A stretch of 64,000 nt of DNA from an uncultured Thermodesulfobacteriota bacterium (GCA_942491525.1 CALOBW010000030.1:157156-221155), one strand, 5' to 3'. Shown: positions 16,269-26,754, counted from the first letter of the stretch. Translations and numbers: made by a program. Notes: generated by a model from the sequence alone, not told the origin.

Positions 16269-17957
16269 TTATGGTGCCTGGGTGGTGGTTACAACCGAGG
16301 TATTGACCGGTGTCAGACTCAAGGCCGCCGGTACCGCTCCCGTGGCAGTTGGTGTTGCATTGGTGGTTGCAGCCAACAACGTCTGATCATAAACCGACGC
16401 AACTACATTGATGGGAACCTCAAAACCATTACATGCACCACTGGCGGCCACCCGCAGAGTCCAAAGGTCCTGAGTACCGGTCACTCCGGGGGCAAAATTA
16501 CTGGTAGAGCTACCAACCATGACAATATCACTGTAGGTTGTGGCAATCAGACCCCTTACATCGTCAGCACCATCACCAGCCATGGTGAGCTGTTGACTTA
16601 TAACTGCATTATTTGCCACATTGCTCAATTTAAAGAACCAGATGGCCCGCGAACCAGCTCCAACAGGAGTATCAGTGGCCACCATAAAACTGCCATCAGA
16701 ATTCTGCCGCAATCCACCGCCGATGACCATCTCGGCTCTGGCGGTATCTCCAAGAATGGCGGCCTGACCCTGGTTCCAAGTCAAATCAACAGAACCGTCT
16801 GACTTCAAGACGAACACAACTGCATCTTTGGTTCTCTGATCAGAATTACCCAAGACAACATAGCCGCCATTAGCCATCGGCTGGGCATCAAAACCAACCT
16901 CAGCGCTAGCGGCCCAGTCAAAGGCCTGCTGCCAGACCACACCACCGGCAGAGCTCAGCCTGACGACCCAGATGTCATTATTTCTGGTAGAGATAGTACC
17001 ACAGGCAATATAGCCCAGATCAGAGGTCTGACGGATGGAGTTAAACTCGGAATCAGAACCATAACTGTACTGCCAGCCGACCGCACCGCTGCTGGTAAGC
17101 TTCAGCAACCAGGCATCATTGCCGCTGTTCTTGCCGGCCGCAACCATATACTCACCGGTAGTATCGCTGAAGTAGCGGATAGAGCTAAAATAGCCGGCCG
17201 TATCATAGGTTTTGAACCAGCTGACTGCACCGGCTGAACTCAGCCTGAAGATGGCCGGTTTGGAATCATATACACCGGCAACCACGCAGCCGCCGTCGGG
17301 AGTCGCCGCTACAGCCCGGGCCTCGCCGACAGCAGCACTAAACTTCTTATCCCAGAGCGCGGTGCCGTCAGATCCCAGCTTGGCAACCCAGAGCCGACTA
17401 AAACCATCATTATTCTCACCGGCCACAAAATAAGTTCCGTCCAGAGATTCACTCACGGCACGTCCGACGATTGACTGCAAAGCCACGCCATAGGCCTTAG
17501 CCCAGTAGCGCTCACTCCCGGTATTGTCCAGATTGAAGGCTGACGAAGTAACAGCCGCGCCGTTAACCAGTCCGGACGGGCTCAGACGCAGGGAGTAGCT
17601 GGCACTGGCGGCGCCGGCCTGATAGGTCGACGAGTTCCAGACAATGCTCTTGCCGGTGCCGGTGGTCAAAGCAGTGCTCTCGCCCTTGGCGGCCACGCTG
17701 GTCCAGGTCTCACCCACGCTGCCACCCTTATACTCCAGCAGCACATCCGAAGGGCTGATGCCATCCACGGTGATATCAAAGGTCACCTTGACATCGCCGG
17801 TCACGGGGTCGGCGCCGGCGCTGCTCAGATCATCAACAACCACATTGCTGATGGTAACGTTGCTGACCGCGGCCCACCAGGGCACATCATCATCGCTGCT
17901 GCCGCAGCCGCCCAATATCAGAAGCGATATAATAAGAAACGGAACAATCTTTTTCAT
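16269..17957 (-). CDS. Large surface lipoprotein with Ig-like domain and beta-propeller-type repeats
   Basis: LGGC lipobox; repeats LWVAKLGSDGTALW, AWLLKLTSSGAVGW and IWVVRLSSAGGVVW; Thr/Ala-rich tail; visibly lower GC. Confidence 0.75.
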   Translation of the reverse strand: MKKIVPFLIISLLILGGCGSSDDDVPWWAAVSNVTISNVVVDDLSSAGADPVTGDVKVTFDITVDGISPSDVLLEYKGGSVGETWTSVAAKGESTALTTGTGKSIVWNSSTYQAGAASASYSLRLSPSGLVNGAAVTSSAFNLDNTGSERYWAKAYGVALQSIVGRAVSESLDGTYFVAGENNDGFSRLWVAKLGSDGTALWDKKFSAAVGEARAVAATPDGGCVVAGVYDSKPAIFRLSSAGAVSWFKTYDTAGYFSSIRYFSDTTGEYMVAAGKNSGNDAWLLKLTSSGAVGWQYSYGSDSEFNSIRQTSDLGYIACGTISTRNNDIWVVRLSSAGGVVWQQAFDWAASAEVGFDAQPMANGGYVVLGNSDQRTKDAVVFVLKSDGSVDLTWNQGQAAILGDTARAEMVIGGGLRQNSDGSFMVATDTPVGAGSRAIWFFKLSNVANNAVISQQLTMAGDGADDVRGLIATTYSDIVMVGSSTSNFAPGVTGTQDLWTLRVAASGACNGFEVPINVVASVYDQTLLAATTNATPTATGAVPAALSLTPVNTSVVTTTQAP

Positions 17958-18046
17958 GGGAAAACCTCCAAAAAGTTACGGGAAGATTGGTTAAGTATAG
18001 TTCTTAAACTTCAAAAAGTCCAAGACTTATGAGGACGGGGGTATCG

Positions 18047-18622
18047 TCAGCCAGCAGAGCTGACGACACCCCCTGGGGAGGACGTTATACGGCCGCCGGA
18101 GTAGTTCAGACTGAAGGGCTGGCGCCGGGCGCGGCCCATGGTCTGAATGAAGTCGGCCACCATCTGACCCGGATCGGACTCATCGATCATGAAGGCACTG
18201 TTTTCCCGGGCCGCCTTAAGAAAACGGCTGTCACTGCTCAGGCGGCGCATGCGCTCCACAACGTCGGCGCTCTCATTCAAGACAACCTGCAGCTGTTCGC
18301 GCTTGGGATGGTTGCCGCCCACCAGCACCTCGCCCTGGGAACCGATGCCCAGCGAGACATTTATGCCGCCGGCGAGCATGCGCAGCTTCTTCTCCAGCGC
18401 GTTTAAATCCTGGCTGATAATCTTTTCCAGCTCGGGCAGCGAAACCTCGATGGAGTCCGGGTCCAGGCCCATCATGGTCCGCTGGGAGCTGATCACGGCC
18501 CGGGATGAAAAACTGATCCGATCCTCGCCGGGTTTGCCGCCCCGGCTTTCGGCAATGGTCCGGGTGCCAAAGATTGCGTCAGCCCCCATGCTCTGGTAGC
18601 GACCAATACCGCGAATATCCAT
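18047..18622 (-). CDS. Hypothetical protein
   Basis: GGAGG RBS and plausible codon usage; EDRISFS motif near the N-terminus; no family recognised. Confidence 0.6.
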   Translation of the reverse strand: MDIRGIGRYQSMGADAIFGTRTIAESRGGKPGEDRISFSSRAVISSQRTMMGLDPDSIEVSLPELEKIISQDLNALEKKLRMLAGGINVSLGIGSQGEVLVGGNHPKREQLQVVLNESADVVERMRRLSSDSRFLKAARENSAFMIDESDPGQMVADFIQTMGRARRQPFSLNYSGGRITSSPGGVVSSAG

Positions 18623-18819
18623 ATCTGCTGCCTCCGTGCTGCTTAAGTATCAGCACCTCACAGAGCAACATTCATGCCCCGCCGCCAAAATGGCTGTGCT
18701 GCATGATCGGACTGATCCCGCCGGGTGGAGGCGGCAGATTTTTCCGGCAAAATCTTCACGGTTCAAATCAGAGACCGGCTCTGCTATAGTCTTCCAACTG
18801 TTTTGAATTAGGAGGATTT

Positions 18820-19518
18820 ATGGCTGATGCTATGGCGATTCTGGCCCTGCTGATCGGACTCGAACTGGTCCTGGGGGTCGACAACATTCTGGTTATCTCA
18901 ATCTTTGTGGGGCGCCTGCCCGAAGCCCAGCGCAACAAGGCGCGCATCTTCGGCCTGGCCCTGGCCCTGGTGGCCCGCATTCTGATGCTGCTGGCAATCC
19001 TGGCCCTGGCCAGCCTGACCAAGCCGGTGCTCTCGCACTTCTCGGTGCGCGACCTGATTCTGATCGCCGGCGGCATGTTCCTGCTCTACAAGGCGGTCCA
19101 CGAGATCCACAACACCATCAGCCTGGAGGATGAACAGCCGCAGGCCGAGGACGGGTCCAAGAGTTTCGCCGCGGTCATCGGCCAGATCGTGCTGCTGGAC
19201 ATCGTCTTTTCAGTGGACTCGGTCATCACGGCCGTGGGCCTGACCAATCAGGTCTGGATCATCATCTCGGCGGTCATGGTCTCATTTGCGGCGATCCTGA
19301 TCTTTGCCAGACCCATCGGCGACTTCATCCTGGCCCATCCGGCCCTCAAGATCCTGGCGCTCTCATTTCTGATAACCATCGGCATCACGATCTTCATGGA
19401 GGGCATGCACAAGCATGTGCCCAAGGCCTACATCTACCTGCCCATGGGCTTTGCGCTCTTTGTGGAGATGCTGCAGATGCGCTACGAGAAGAACAAGCGC
19501 CTACAGACCGGCGCCTAG
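18820..19518 (+). CDS. TerC-family integral membrane protein
   Basis: LELVLGVDNILVI, LLDIVFSVDSVITAVG and KAYIYLPMGF. Confidence 0.93.
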   Translation: MADAMAILALLIGLELVLGVDNILVISIFVGRLPEAQRNKARIFGLALALVARILMLLAILALASLTKPVLSHFSVRDLILIAGGMFLLYKAVHEIHNTISLEDEQPQAEDGSKSFAAVIGQIVLLDIVFSVDSVITAVGLTNQVWIIISAVMVSFAAILIFARPIGDFILAHPALKILALSFLITIGITIFMEGMHKHVPKAYIYLPMGFALFVEMLQMRYEKNKRLQTGA

Positions 19519-19520
19519 CA

Positions 19521-20603
19521 TCAGAATGAGATCCCCAGCAGGCTGCGGCGCTTCTTCTCGACCGGCACAACCCGGTTGACCACCGTCTCGTCAAAGCCAT
19601 GCCGCTCCAGCAGCTGCCTGACCTGGGCGGCCGGCAGGCTCTGATTCTCGGCATAGAGGCTGTGAGCCGCCTGCAGCTGGCTGGTGAAATACTCCTGCAT
19701 CATATCGCTGTAGAGATCACGGGTATCATCCAGCAGTTTGCGCATGCGGCGCGCGTTGGCCTGCATCTGGTTGAGCTCTTTCTCCCTGGGATGGCCGCTG
19801 ACACTGCCCACCTCGCGCGCCAGATCCTTGATCTGCATGTCGTAGCGCAGCTTGCGGTCCTGGCAGTTGGCCAGCACATTGTTGGCCTCCTCCAGCTCGC
19901 CCAGCGTCAGATGCAGGCGCACCATGAGGGTCAGCAGGTTGATCTCGGCGCAAGCCTCCTGCACAACCTTGGAGACGTTGTGGGCGATGCCGTAGTGTTT
20001 GAGAGCCAGGCGGATGGCGGACGGTTCGTCTGCCGGCACATCGGCCCAGTAGGGTCTGAGGGTCTCAAAGAGCTCGGCAAATTTATGATTGTAGGTTTTC
20101 TGCAGCGCCTCGTCGCGCGCAATGTCGCGAAAGAGCCAGGCCACCCGCAGGTAGTAGCGCCCCAGATTGACCGATTCACGCTGAGCCTCCTTTTCGAAGC
20201 GCTGCAGCTGAAAGATGGCCAGCAGGTGCAGTTTGAGCGCATCCAAGTAGCCGGGCCGCTGCTCATCGCAGGCCAGCAGTTCAATCAGCTTATTGACATC
20301 CTCCTCGCCCTTGTAGCGTTTCTTGACAAACTTGGGCCGGAAGAGCTCCAGCGAGACCCCCGAATCTTTGAAGGGTTCGGTAAAGAAGCTGTGATCAGCC
20401 GTAAAGTGGCAGACCCGACAGTGCTGCATGTAGAAGAGCCGCGGATTCTCCTCGGTATCAACCTGGGCCAGCCAGTGCACCTTACGCGGATAGTAGTCGA
20501 TATCCAGGTTCTGCTCAACGTAGAGCCTGGACTTGATGAATGTATATCTGGTCTCTGTGCCGCAGATCGGACAGGGATTGCTCGTTTCAGCCAAAACTTT
20601 CAA
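19521..20603 (-). CDS. DUF2225 domain protein (Zn-finger + TPR-like helices)
   Basis: CPICG ... CRVCHF, YLRVAWLFR and a helical C-terminus; TTG start after GAGG. Confidence 0.75.
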   Translation of the reverse strand: MKVLAETSNPCPICGTETRYTFIKSRLYVEQNLDIDYYPRKVHWLAQVDTEENPRLFYMQHCRVCHFTADHSFFTEPFKDSGVSLELFRPKFVKKRYKGEEDVNKLIELLACDEQRPGYLDALKLHLLAIFQLQRFEKEAQRESVNLGRYYLRVAWLFRDIARDEALQKTYNHKFAELFETLRPYWADVPADEPSAIRLALKHYGIAHNVSKVVQEACAEINLLTLMVRLHLTLGELEEANNVLANCQDRKLRYDMQIKDLAREVGSVSGHPREKELNQMQANARRMRKLLDDTRDLYSDMMQEYFTSQLQAAHSLYAENQSLPAAQVRQLLERHGFDETVVNRVVPVEKKRRSLLGISF

Positions 20604-20715
20604 AAATAACCTCGCATCAAATAAACCTCTCCCTTAAGAATCGGCGGATTGCGCATTAGCTTGAGAGGTATTTAACAGCCCCAACCACAAAGTTTTCTAA
20701 TCAAAGATCTTTAAG

Positions 20716-21615
20716 TTAACTATTTCTCAGAAGTGAAATAAGGGCCTCCTCCAGACGACCATGCTCAAACTTGAAGCCGGCCGCCTGCAACCGAACCGGC
20801 AGGGCCCGTTTGGTATCCAGAAGCAGATCGGCCATCTCTCCCAGAGCCAGCCGCAGCAGGCAGGCCGGCGCCGGCATAAGGGCGGGCCGGTGCATAACGC
20901 GCCCCAGCATCCGCATGAAGTCGCGGTTCATGCACGGTTCGGGGGCGCAGAGGTTGAATGCACCGCTATAATCGCCCTCCAGCAGATAGCGGATGGCGCG
21001 CACCTCATCATTGATATGGATCCAGGGCATCCACTGACGCCCGCTGCCCAGAGGGCCGCCCACAAAGAGCCGCATGGGCAGCAGCATCTTCTGCATGGCG
21101 GGCGCCTCCAGACTCAGCACCATAGCGCTGCGGATGATGACGCGCCTGACCCCGTAGCTCTCCACCTCCGCCGTCGACTCCTCCCAGGCCCGGGCCGTGC
21201 GCGCCAGAAAACGGTTGCCGACCGGCGCATCCTCAGCCACAATCTGATCAGCGGCAAAACCGTAATAATCGATGCCCGAGGCCTGCACAACCACCTGCGG
21301 CCGTCTGGCGGCCAGTTTGACGGCCTCGACCACGGCCCGGCCGGCCTTGAGGCGGCTGCTCAGAATCAGCTCCTTCTGCTGCACGCTCCAGCGGCGCTCC
21401 CCGATCCCGGCGCCGGCCAGGTTGACGATGGCATCGCTCTCCTCCAGCACCTCCAGCCAGCCCTCGCTGCTGTGACCGTCCCAGCGCACCACCCTGATAT
21501 CGCCGGCCGGCCGAAGAGTGCGGCTCAGCCAGACCACCTTATGGCCATTGTCAATCAGTTCACGACTCAAGGCCCGCCCGATCAGACCGCTGCCGCCGGT
21601 TATGATTATCTGCAT
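20716..21615 (-). CDS. TIGR01777-family NAD-dependent epimerase (YfcH-like)
   Basis: ITGGSGLIG, VNLAGAGI..RRW, GPLGSGRQWMPWIHIND; AGGAGG before ATG at 21615. Confidence 0.92.
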   Translation of the reverse strand: MQIIITGGSGLIGRALSRELIDNGHKVVWLSRTLRPAGDIRVVRWDGHSSEGWLEVLEESDAIVNLAGAGIGERRWSVQQKELILSSRLKAGRAVVEAVKLAARRPQVVVQASGIDYYGFAADQIVAEDAPVGNRFLARTARAWEESTAEVESYGVRRVIIRSAMVLSLEAPAMQKMLLPMRLFVGGPLGSGRQWMPWIHINDEVRAIRYLLEGDYSGAFNLCAPEPCMNRDFMRMLGRVMHRPALMPAPACLLRLALGEMADLLLDTKRALPVRLQAAGFKFEHGRLEEALISLLRNS

Positions 21616-21693
21616 AGATCCTCCTGAGCATAGAATAGAGCGCAAAACTATTCTTTCAACCGGAGCGGATTATTAATGTAAGCGGAGGCCAAC

Positions 21694-22398
21694 ATGGAGA
21701 GGATCTACATTCACTACTATTTCAGGCTGCCGGCCGGCGCGCCCAAAGATTTCAAGCTGGTGCTGGACAGCCGCAATCTGGAGCTGATCCCCGAGATCAA
21801 CGACCACTACCCGCAGTGGGCCCGGCTGGAGTATCACCAGTGTCCCAACTGCCAGCTCACGGGCCTGGAGTTCTGCCCGCTGATGGCCAATGTCAGCAGC
21901 ATTGTCGGCAAGTTTGACGACCTGGCCTCCTATGACGAGGTCGAACTTGAGGTGCACACGCCTGAGCGCTGCATCTCGCAGCACACGGCCGCCCAGCGCG
22001 GCATCAGCTCGCTGCTGGGACTGGTAATGGCCACCAGCCCCTGCCCGCACACCCTCTTCCTGCGGCCCATGGCCCGTTTCCACCTGCCGCTGGCCACCGA
22101 GGAGGAGACCATCTACCGGGCCGTTTCAACCTACCTGATGGCGCAGTATTTTCTGGGCACGCAAAACCAGCCCCACGAGCATTCACTCAGGGGCCTCAAC
22201 GAGATCTACAGCAATCTGCACACCATCAATGTCGCCATCGCCGAGCGGCTGCGGGAGGCCTCCCGGACCGACTCCTCGGTCAACGCCCTGATCATGCTGG
22301 ATCTCTACACCAAGGCCATGCCCTACGTCATCGATGAATCACTCGAAGAGCTGCGCTATCTGTTCGAGCCCTACCTGGACTCTAGCTCTGCCACTTGA
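21694..22398 (+). CDS. DUF6901-like conserved protein
   Basis: CPNC...CPL, AQRGISSLLGLVMATSPCP and PMARFHLPLA. Confidence 0.7.
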   Translation: MERIYIHYYFRLPAGAPKDFKLVLDSRNLELIPEINDHYPQWARLEYHQCPNCQLTGLEFCPLMANVSSIVGKFDDLASYDEVELEVHTPERCISQHTAAQRGISSLLGLVMATSPCPHTLFLRPMARFHLPLATEEETIYRAVSTYLMAQYFLGTQNQPHEHSLRGLNEIYSNLHTINVAIAERLREASRTDSSVNALIMLDLYTKAMPYVIDESLEELRYLFEPYLDSSSAT

Positions 22399-22603
22399 AC
22401 TGAAACTCAACTTCCTCGTAGCCGTCCTCGCGCTCATGTTCGATGTTGAAAGTTGCCCGCACCGGCACATAGATGCGCTCGCCGGCAATCATAATCTCAA
22501 AGGGCTTGCCGCTCTCAAGGCAGTCGGCCAGGCGTCTGAGCTTGGCCACAGTCTCGCCTACCGAATACTCTTTCTCAATATCCCGATCATGCTTGTCACT
22601 CAT
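22382..22603 (-). CDS. Amphi-Trp domain protein
   Basis: AAGGAGG before ATG at 22603; KLRRLADCLE...IEHERE...EVEFQFKW. Confidence 0.85.
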   Translation of the reverse strand: MSDKHDRDIEKEYSVGETVAKLRRLADCLESGKPFEIMIAGERIYVPVRATFNIEHEREDGYEEVEFQFKWQS

Positions 22604-22613
22604 CACAACCTCC

Positions 22614-22976
22614 TTAAAACTGACCGGTCCTGAGCAGGACCAGGGTACAGGCAAACTCATGGGGAATACCGGCAGCTTTAAGCTTTTCGGCCAGAACATC
22701 CGACTCGGTGCCGGGGTTCATGATCACGCGCCCCGGTTTAAGGCGGATTATCTCATCGGCCATGGCTGCGCTCAATTCAGGCCGCAGGTAGACCGAAATA
22801 GTGTCCACCGGCTGATCGACGGCCGCCAGCTCCGGCACCACCGTCAGGCCCTCCACCGCGCGCAACCTGGGATGTACCGGAATCACCTGATGGCCGTTCT
22901 CCAGCAACATGCGCACAGCTCTGTTGGAGTAGCGTTCCGGATCATCGCTGGCACCTAAGACAACAACTCTCTGCAT
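22614..22976 (-). CDS. CoA-binding protein (YccU-like)
   Basis: VVVLGASDDPERYSNRAV, VIPVHP, VIMNPGTE, CTLV; GGAGG before ATG at 22976. Confidence 0.9.
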   Translation of the reverse strand: MQRVVVLGASDDPERYSNRAVRMLLENGHQVIPVHPRLRAVEGLTVVPELAAVDQPVDTISVYLRPELSAAMADEIIRLKPGRVIMNPGTESDVLAEKLKAAGIPHEFACTLVLLRTGQF

Positions 22977-22989
22977 ATCAGCCTCCCTG

Positions 22990-24510
22990 TCAATCAAGTT
23001 TAAAGGCCCCGATGCTCTGTCCCAAAGCCTTGGCCTCCAGATTGAGATTGCCGGCCGTGCTCGAGAGCTCCTCGGTGGCCGCCGCATTCTGCTGGGCCGC
23101 GGTGTCGATGACGGCAATGGCGCTGTTGAGCTCCTGGATGCCGGTGGCCTGCTCGTTCGAACCGGCACTGATCTCCTCAATGACCTCATTCATCTCATGA
23201 ACCTGCTCGATGATTTCGGCCAGGGAGGCCTCGGCCCGCTGCATCAGGCTGTTGCCCCGCTCAACCTTGCTGACCGTGTCGCTGATCAGCGCGGTTATCC
23301 TGCCGGCCGCATCGGCGCTACGCCCGGCCAGCGAGCGCACCTCCTCGGCCACGACCGCAAAGCCCTTGCCGTGCTCGCCGGCCCTGGCGGCCTCAACCGA
23401 GGCGTTCAGAGCCAGCAGATTGGTCTGAAAGGCCACCGAATTGACCGTCTCGGTGATATCTTCAATCATACGGGAGGCCTCCGATATCTCAACCATGGCC
23501 CCCACGATCTCTTTGATCAACGCCGCATTCTCGTTGACGGCCGCGCTCACACTGCGGCTCTTCTGACTGCCGCTCTCGGCCTGGCCGGCATTGTTCCTGA
23601 CCGAAGCCGTCATCTGCTCAATGGTGGCCGCCAGCTCCTCAACCGTGGAGGCCGTCTGCTGGGCCGTCTGGGTGACGCTCTGGGAGGCCGAATCGATCTC
23701 ACCGCTGCCGGTGGCAACATTGGCGGCGGCCTCGCCCACCTTGCGCATGGTCTGACGCAGATCAGCCGCCATCTGGCTCAGAGAGTCGGTCAGCTGCCCC
23801 AGCTCGTCGCCGCGCTTCTCATCAAGGCTGATGCTCAGATTGCCGCCGGCCACCTCACGGGCAAACACGACGCTGCGCAGAATCGGCCGCAAAAGGCCTC
23901 TGATCAGCAGCAGGGCGATCGCAATACCGGCAACAATCGCCACAACACCGCCCAGCAAAATTTTAAAGCGCAGGCCGGCGGCCCGCTCCAGCAGACCATC
24001 ATTGGTCAGCACATTGGCATTTACCGTTGTCACAACCTCGCCCAGCAGCTGCTGAACATCGCTGAGAGCCGGGGCGGTCTCACGGGTATAGATCTGGCGG
24101 CCACTCTGCTTATCGGTGGCGGCAATGGCCGCCGCTGACGCATGCAGGCGCTTGTGCGGCGCCTCCAGCTGAGGCAACAGATCTTCAAGTTCCGGCACCA
24201 TCTGGCGGGCACGCTCACGCCCCTCGCCGTAGTACCACTTGCCGAAACCGCACTGATGGGGATCCAGCTGCACTTCCAGCCGGTGCACATTCTCATCAAT
24301 CAGATAGTGCGCCACGGTCTCGGACCAGTTCAGATGATCCACCACCCGCTGCTGCATTTCAGACTTCAAGGCGTTGCCGCCGATGACCTCGGCGGCATCC
24401 CCGACCAGCCGGCCGACACCGCTGCCGCTGACAATTGCAATCAAAGCTGCCAGAACGATCATAATCCCAAAACCGCCGGCCAGCTTAAACTTCAAACTCA
24501 GATCCTTCAT
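22990..24510 (-). CDS. Methyl-accepting chemotaxis protein with CZB sensor domain
   Basis: TM1 - DHLNW...[12 protein letters not shown]...HKRLH - TM2 - HAMP - IAFQ-like [30 protein letters not shown] signalling tip. Confidence 0.93.
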   Translation of the reverse strand: MKDLSLKFKLAGGFGIMIVLAALIAIVSGSGVGRLVGDAAEVIGGNALKSEMQQRVVDHLNWSETVAHYLIDENVHRLEVQLDPHQCGFGKWYYGEGRERARQMVPELEDLLPQLEAPHKRLHASAAAIAATDKQSGRQIYTRETAPALSDVQQLLGEVVTTVNANVLTNDGLLERAAGLRFKILLGGVVAIVAGIAIALLLIRGLLRPILRSVVFAREVAGGNLSISLDEKRGDELGQLTDSLSQMAADLRQTMRKVGEAAANVATGSGEIDSASQSVTQTAQQTASTVEELAATIEQMTASVRNNAGQAESGSQKSRSVSAAVNENAALIKEIVGAMVEISEASRMIEDITETVNSVAFQTNLLALNASVEAARAGEHGKGFAVVAEEVRSLAGRSADAAGRITALISDTVSKVERGNSLMQRAEASLAEIIEQVHEMNEVIEEISAGSNEQATGIQELNSAIAVIDTAAQQNAAATEELSSTAGNLNLEAKALGQSIGAFKLD

Positions 24511-24553
24511 TACATGTTCTCCTAAATTTACAACCAATTGATTTACCAAGATC

Positions 24554-24581
24554 AATTCGACAAATCAGCAGCAGACCTTTA
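24554..24581 (-). promoter_or_regulatory. Putative sigma28 (FliA) promoter of the MCP
   Basis: Minus-strand TAAA-16-GTCGAATT resembles TAAA-N15-GCCGATAA. Confidence 0.45.
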
Positions 24582-24646
24582 AATTATCAGTTTTTACGGG
24601 CCGTGGACGTCGAAAGCGCCGCCGCCCCGGTTCTGAGACTCAGCCT

Positions 24647-25705
24647 CTAACGGCCACCGATACTGGCGACCAGCTTGTCGAAGGCCGCTTCAAAGGCCGC
24701 CAGACCTTCAGCCAGCAGCTGCTCCGTGATGGCCTGCAAGTCGACACCCAGGGCAGGCAGCTTGCCCACCCGCGCGGCCGACTCAGCCACGCCGCCCAGC
24801 GCAAAATCTTCGCTTCCGTGATCAAGCCAGGCCTTCAGCGTGGCCGGCGGCACAGTGTTGACCGTATGCGGGCCCACCAGCGAATCGATGTAGAGGGTGT
24901 CGGCATAGGCCGCACTCTTGGTGCCGGTGCTGGCCCAGAGCAGACGCTGCAGCTGGGCGCCGTCCGCTTCCAGCTCCTGCCAGCGTGCACCGCTGAAGAT
25001 CTCTTCAAAACGGGCATAGGCCAGTTTGCAGTTGTCGATGGCAATTTTAGCCTGCAACTCATGACCGTCCGGCAAGACCCTGTCCAGGGCCGCATCAACC
25101 CGGCTGACAAAGAAGGAGGCCACCGAGGCCACCCGTTCAATGCTCTGACCGGCCGCCTTGCGTTTCTCGAGACCGCTGATAAAGGCCTCGGCCACCCCTG
25201 CATACTGCTCAACACTGAAGAGCAGCGTCACATTGATGTTGATGCCCTCGCTGATCAGGGTCTCGATGGCCGGCAGGCCGGCAGCGGTGGCCGGCACCTT
25301 GATCATAATGTTGGGCCGATTCAGGACTTTGAAGAGCCGGCGGGCCTCGTCAATGGTCCCGGCAGTGTCATGAGCCAGATGCGGATTAACCTCCATACTG
25401 ACGTAACCGTCAAGGGCGCCGCTCTGCTCATAGACCGGCAGCATCAAATCAGCCGCCAGCCCGATATCCCTGAGGGCCAGAGCCTCATAAATTTCGAGCG
25501 GTTCACGGCCGCGAAGCACGGCCAGCTCCTCGTCATAGTCATGACCGACCAAGATGGCCTTTTCAAAGATTGAAGGATTAGAGGTGATGCCGCACAGGCC
25601 CTGATCAATCAGGCCCTGCAGCTCACCCGAAGTGATCAGGCTCCGCTGAATATAGTCAAACCAGATTGACTGCCCCTTCTGACTTAAACTCTGCATGTCC
25701 GCCAT
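24647..25705 (-). CDS. tal: Transaldolase (long, actinobacterial/cyanobacterial-type)
   Basis: SIWFDYIQR, GITSNPSIF, NIMIKVPAT (catalytic Lys), INVTLLFS and RLLWASTGTK. Confidence 0.95.
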   Translation of the reverse strand: MADMQSLSQKGQSIWFDYIQRSLITSGELQGLIDQGLCGITSNPSIFEKAILVGHDYDEELAVLRGREPLEIYEALALRDIGLAADLMLPVYEQSGALDGYVSMEVNPHLAHDTAGTIDEARRLFKVLNRPNIMIKVPATAAGLPAIETLISEGININVTLLFSVEQYAGVAEAFISGLEKRKAAGQSIERVASVASFFVSRVDAALDRVLPDGHELQAKIAIDNCKLAYARFEEIFSGARWQELEADGAQLQRLLWASTGTKSAAYADTLYIDSLVGPHTVNTVPPATLKAWLDHGSEDFALGGVAESAARVGKLPALGVDLQAITEQLLAEGLAAFEAAFDKLVASIGGR

Positions 25706-25815
25706 TTGCTACCTCCCATTATAGAGTAAGAGCTCAATCGACCGCCCCACCTGATATCTTGATGCAAAGTTGACCGCATCTTCCCTTGACGGCGCGGCCG
25801 ACTATTTTAGACCTC

Positions 25816-26754
25816 ATGAAGATCGGAATTATCGGAAGCGGATTTGTGGGCGCCACCACGGCCTACGCCATTGTCATGAAGGGCGTGGCCGGCGAGGTGG
25901 TGCTGGTGGACATCAACCATGAACGGTCCCAGGCCGAAGCCGCCGACATCATGCATGCCGTACCCTACGCCCACCCGGCGGTTGTGCGCGCCGGCACCTA
26001 CGACGATCTGGCTGACGCAACCGTCATCATCATCACGGCCGGGGTGGGCCAGAAGGAGAACGAGACCCGCCTGGAGCTGCTCGAGCGCAACGCCGGCATC
26101 CTCTGGGAGATGGTTGACGCCTCGCTCAGGGCCGCCCCCGAAGCCGTGCTGGTAATCGCCACCAATCCGGTCGACATCCTGACCCATCTGGCCACCCGCT
26201 ACGCCGCCAAGTACAACGCCCTGCCCGGCCAGGTCTTCGGCTCCGGCACCACCCTGGATACCGCCCGCTTCAGGTCACTGCTGGGCAACCAGCTCAAGAT
26301 CGACTCCCAGCACGTGCACGGCTACGTCATCGGCGAGCATGGCGACAGCGAGGTATTGGCCTGGTCCACGGTCGAGGTGGGAGGCTTAAGCCTGAACGAG
26401 TTCACCCGCCTGCGTAAGATGCCGCTCAGGAGCGCCGAACGCAAAGAGATCGAAAACAGTGTGCGGTACGCCGCCTACCAGATCATCGCCGCCAAGAAGG
26501 CCACCTACTACGGCATCGGCGCGGCGCTGGCCAACATCGTCAGCGTGATCGTCTCCAGCCGCCGCTCCATCATGACCGTCTGCTGCCCCACCAAGCAGAT
26601 CTGCGGCGTACACGACATCAGCCTCTCGCTGCCGCGCCTGGTGGGCCGCCGCGGCATCATCGAAACCCTGCCCCTCAAACTGAGCGACAAGGAGAGCGCC
26701 CAGCTCAAGGAGAGCGCCAAGCTGATCCGCCAGACCCTGGATGAACTGCATTGA
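25816..26754 (+). CDS. ldh: L-lactate dehydrogenase
   Basis: KIGIIGSGFVG, ETRLELLERN, TNPVD, GTTLDTARFR, IGEHGDS and KATYYGIG. Confidence 0.92.
   Translation: MKIGIIGSGFVGATTAYAIVMKGVAGEVVLVDINHERSQAEAADIMHAVPYAHPAVVRAGTYDDLADATVIIITAGVGQKENETRLELLERNAGILWEMVDASLRAAPEAVLVIATNPVDILTHLATRYAAKYNALPGQVFGSGTTLDTARFRSLLGNQLKIDSQHVHGYVIGEHGDSEVLAWSTVEVGGLSLNEFTRLRKMPLRSAERKEIENSVRYAAYQIIAAKKATYYGIGAALANIVSVIVSSRRSIMTVCCPTKQICGVHDISLSLPRLVGRRGIIETLPLKLSDKESAQLKESAKLIRQTLDELH

Noticed and set aside
18622-18820. yybP-ykoY Mn riboswitch upstream of terC
   Set aside because: The conserved GGGGAGUA/CAUAC-type motifs were not found.
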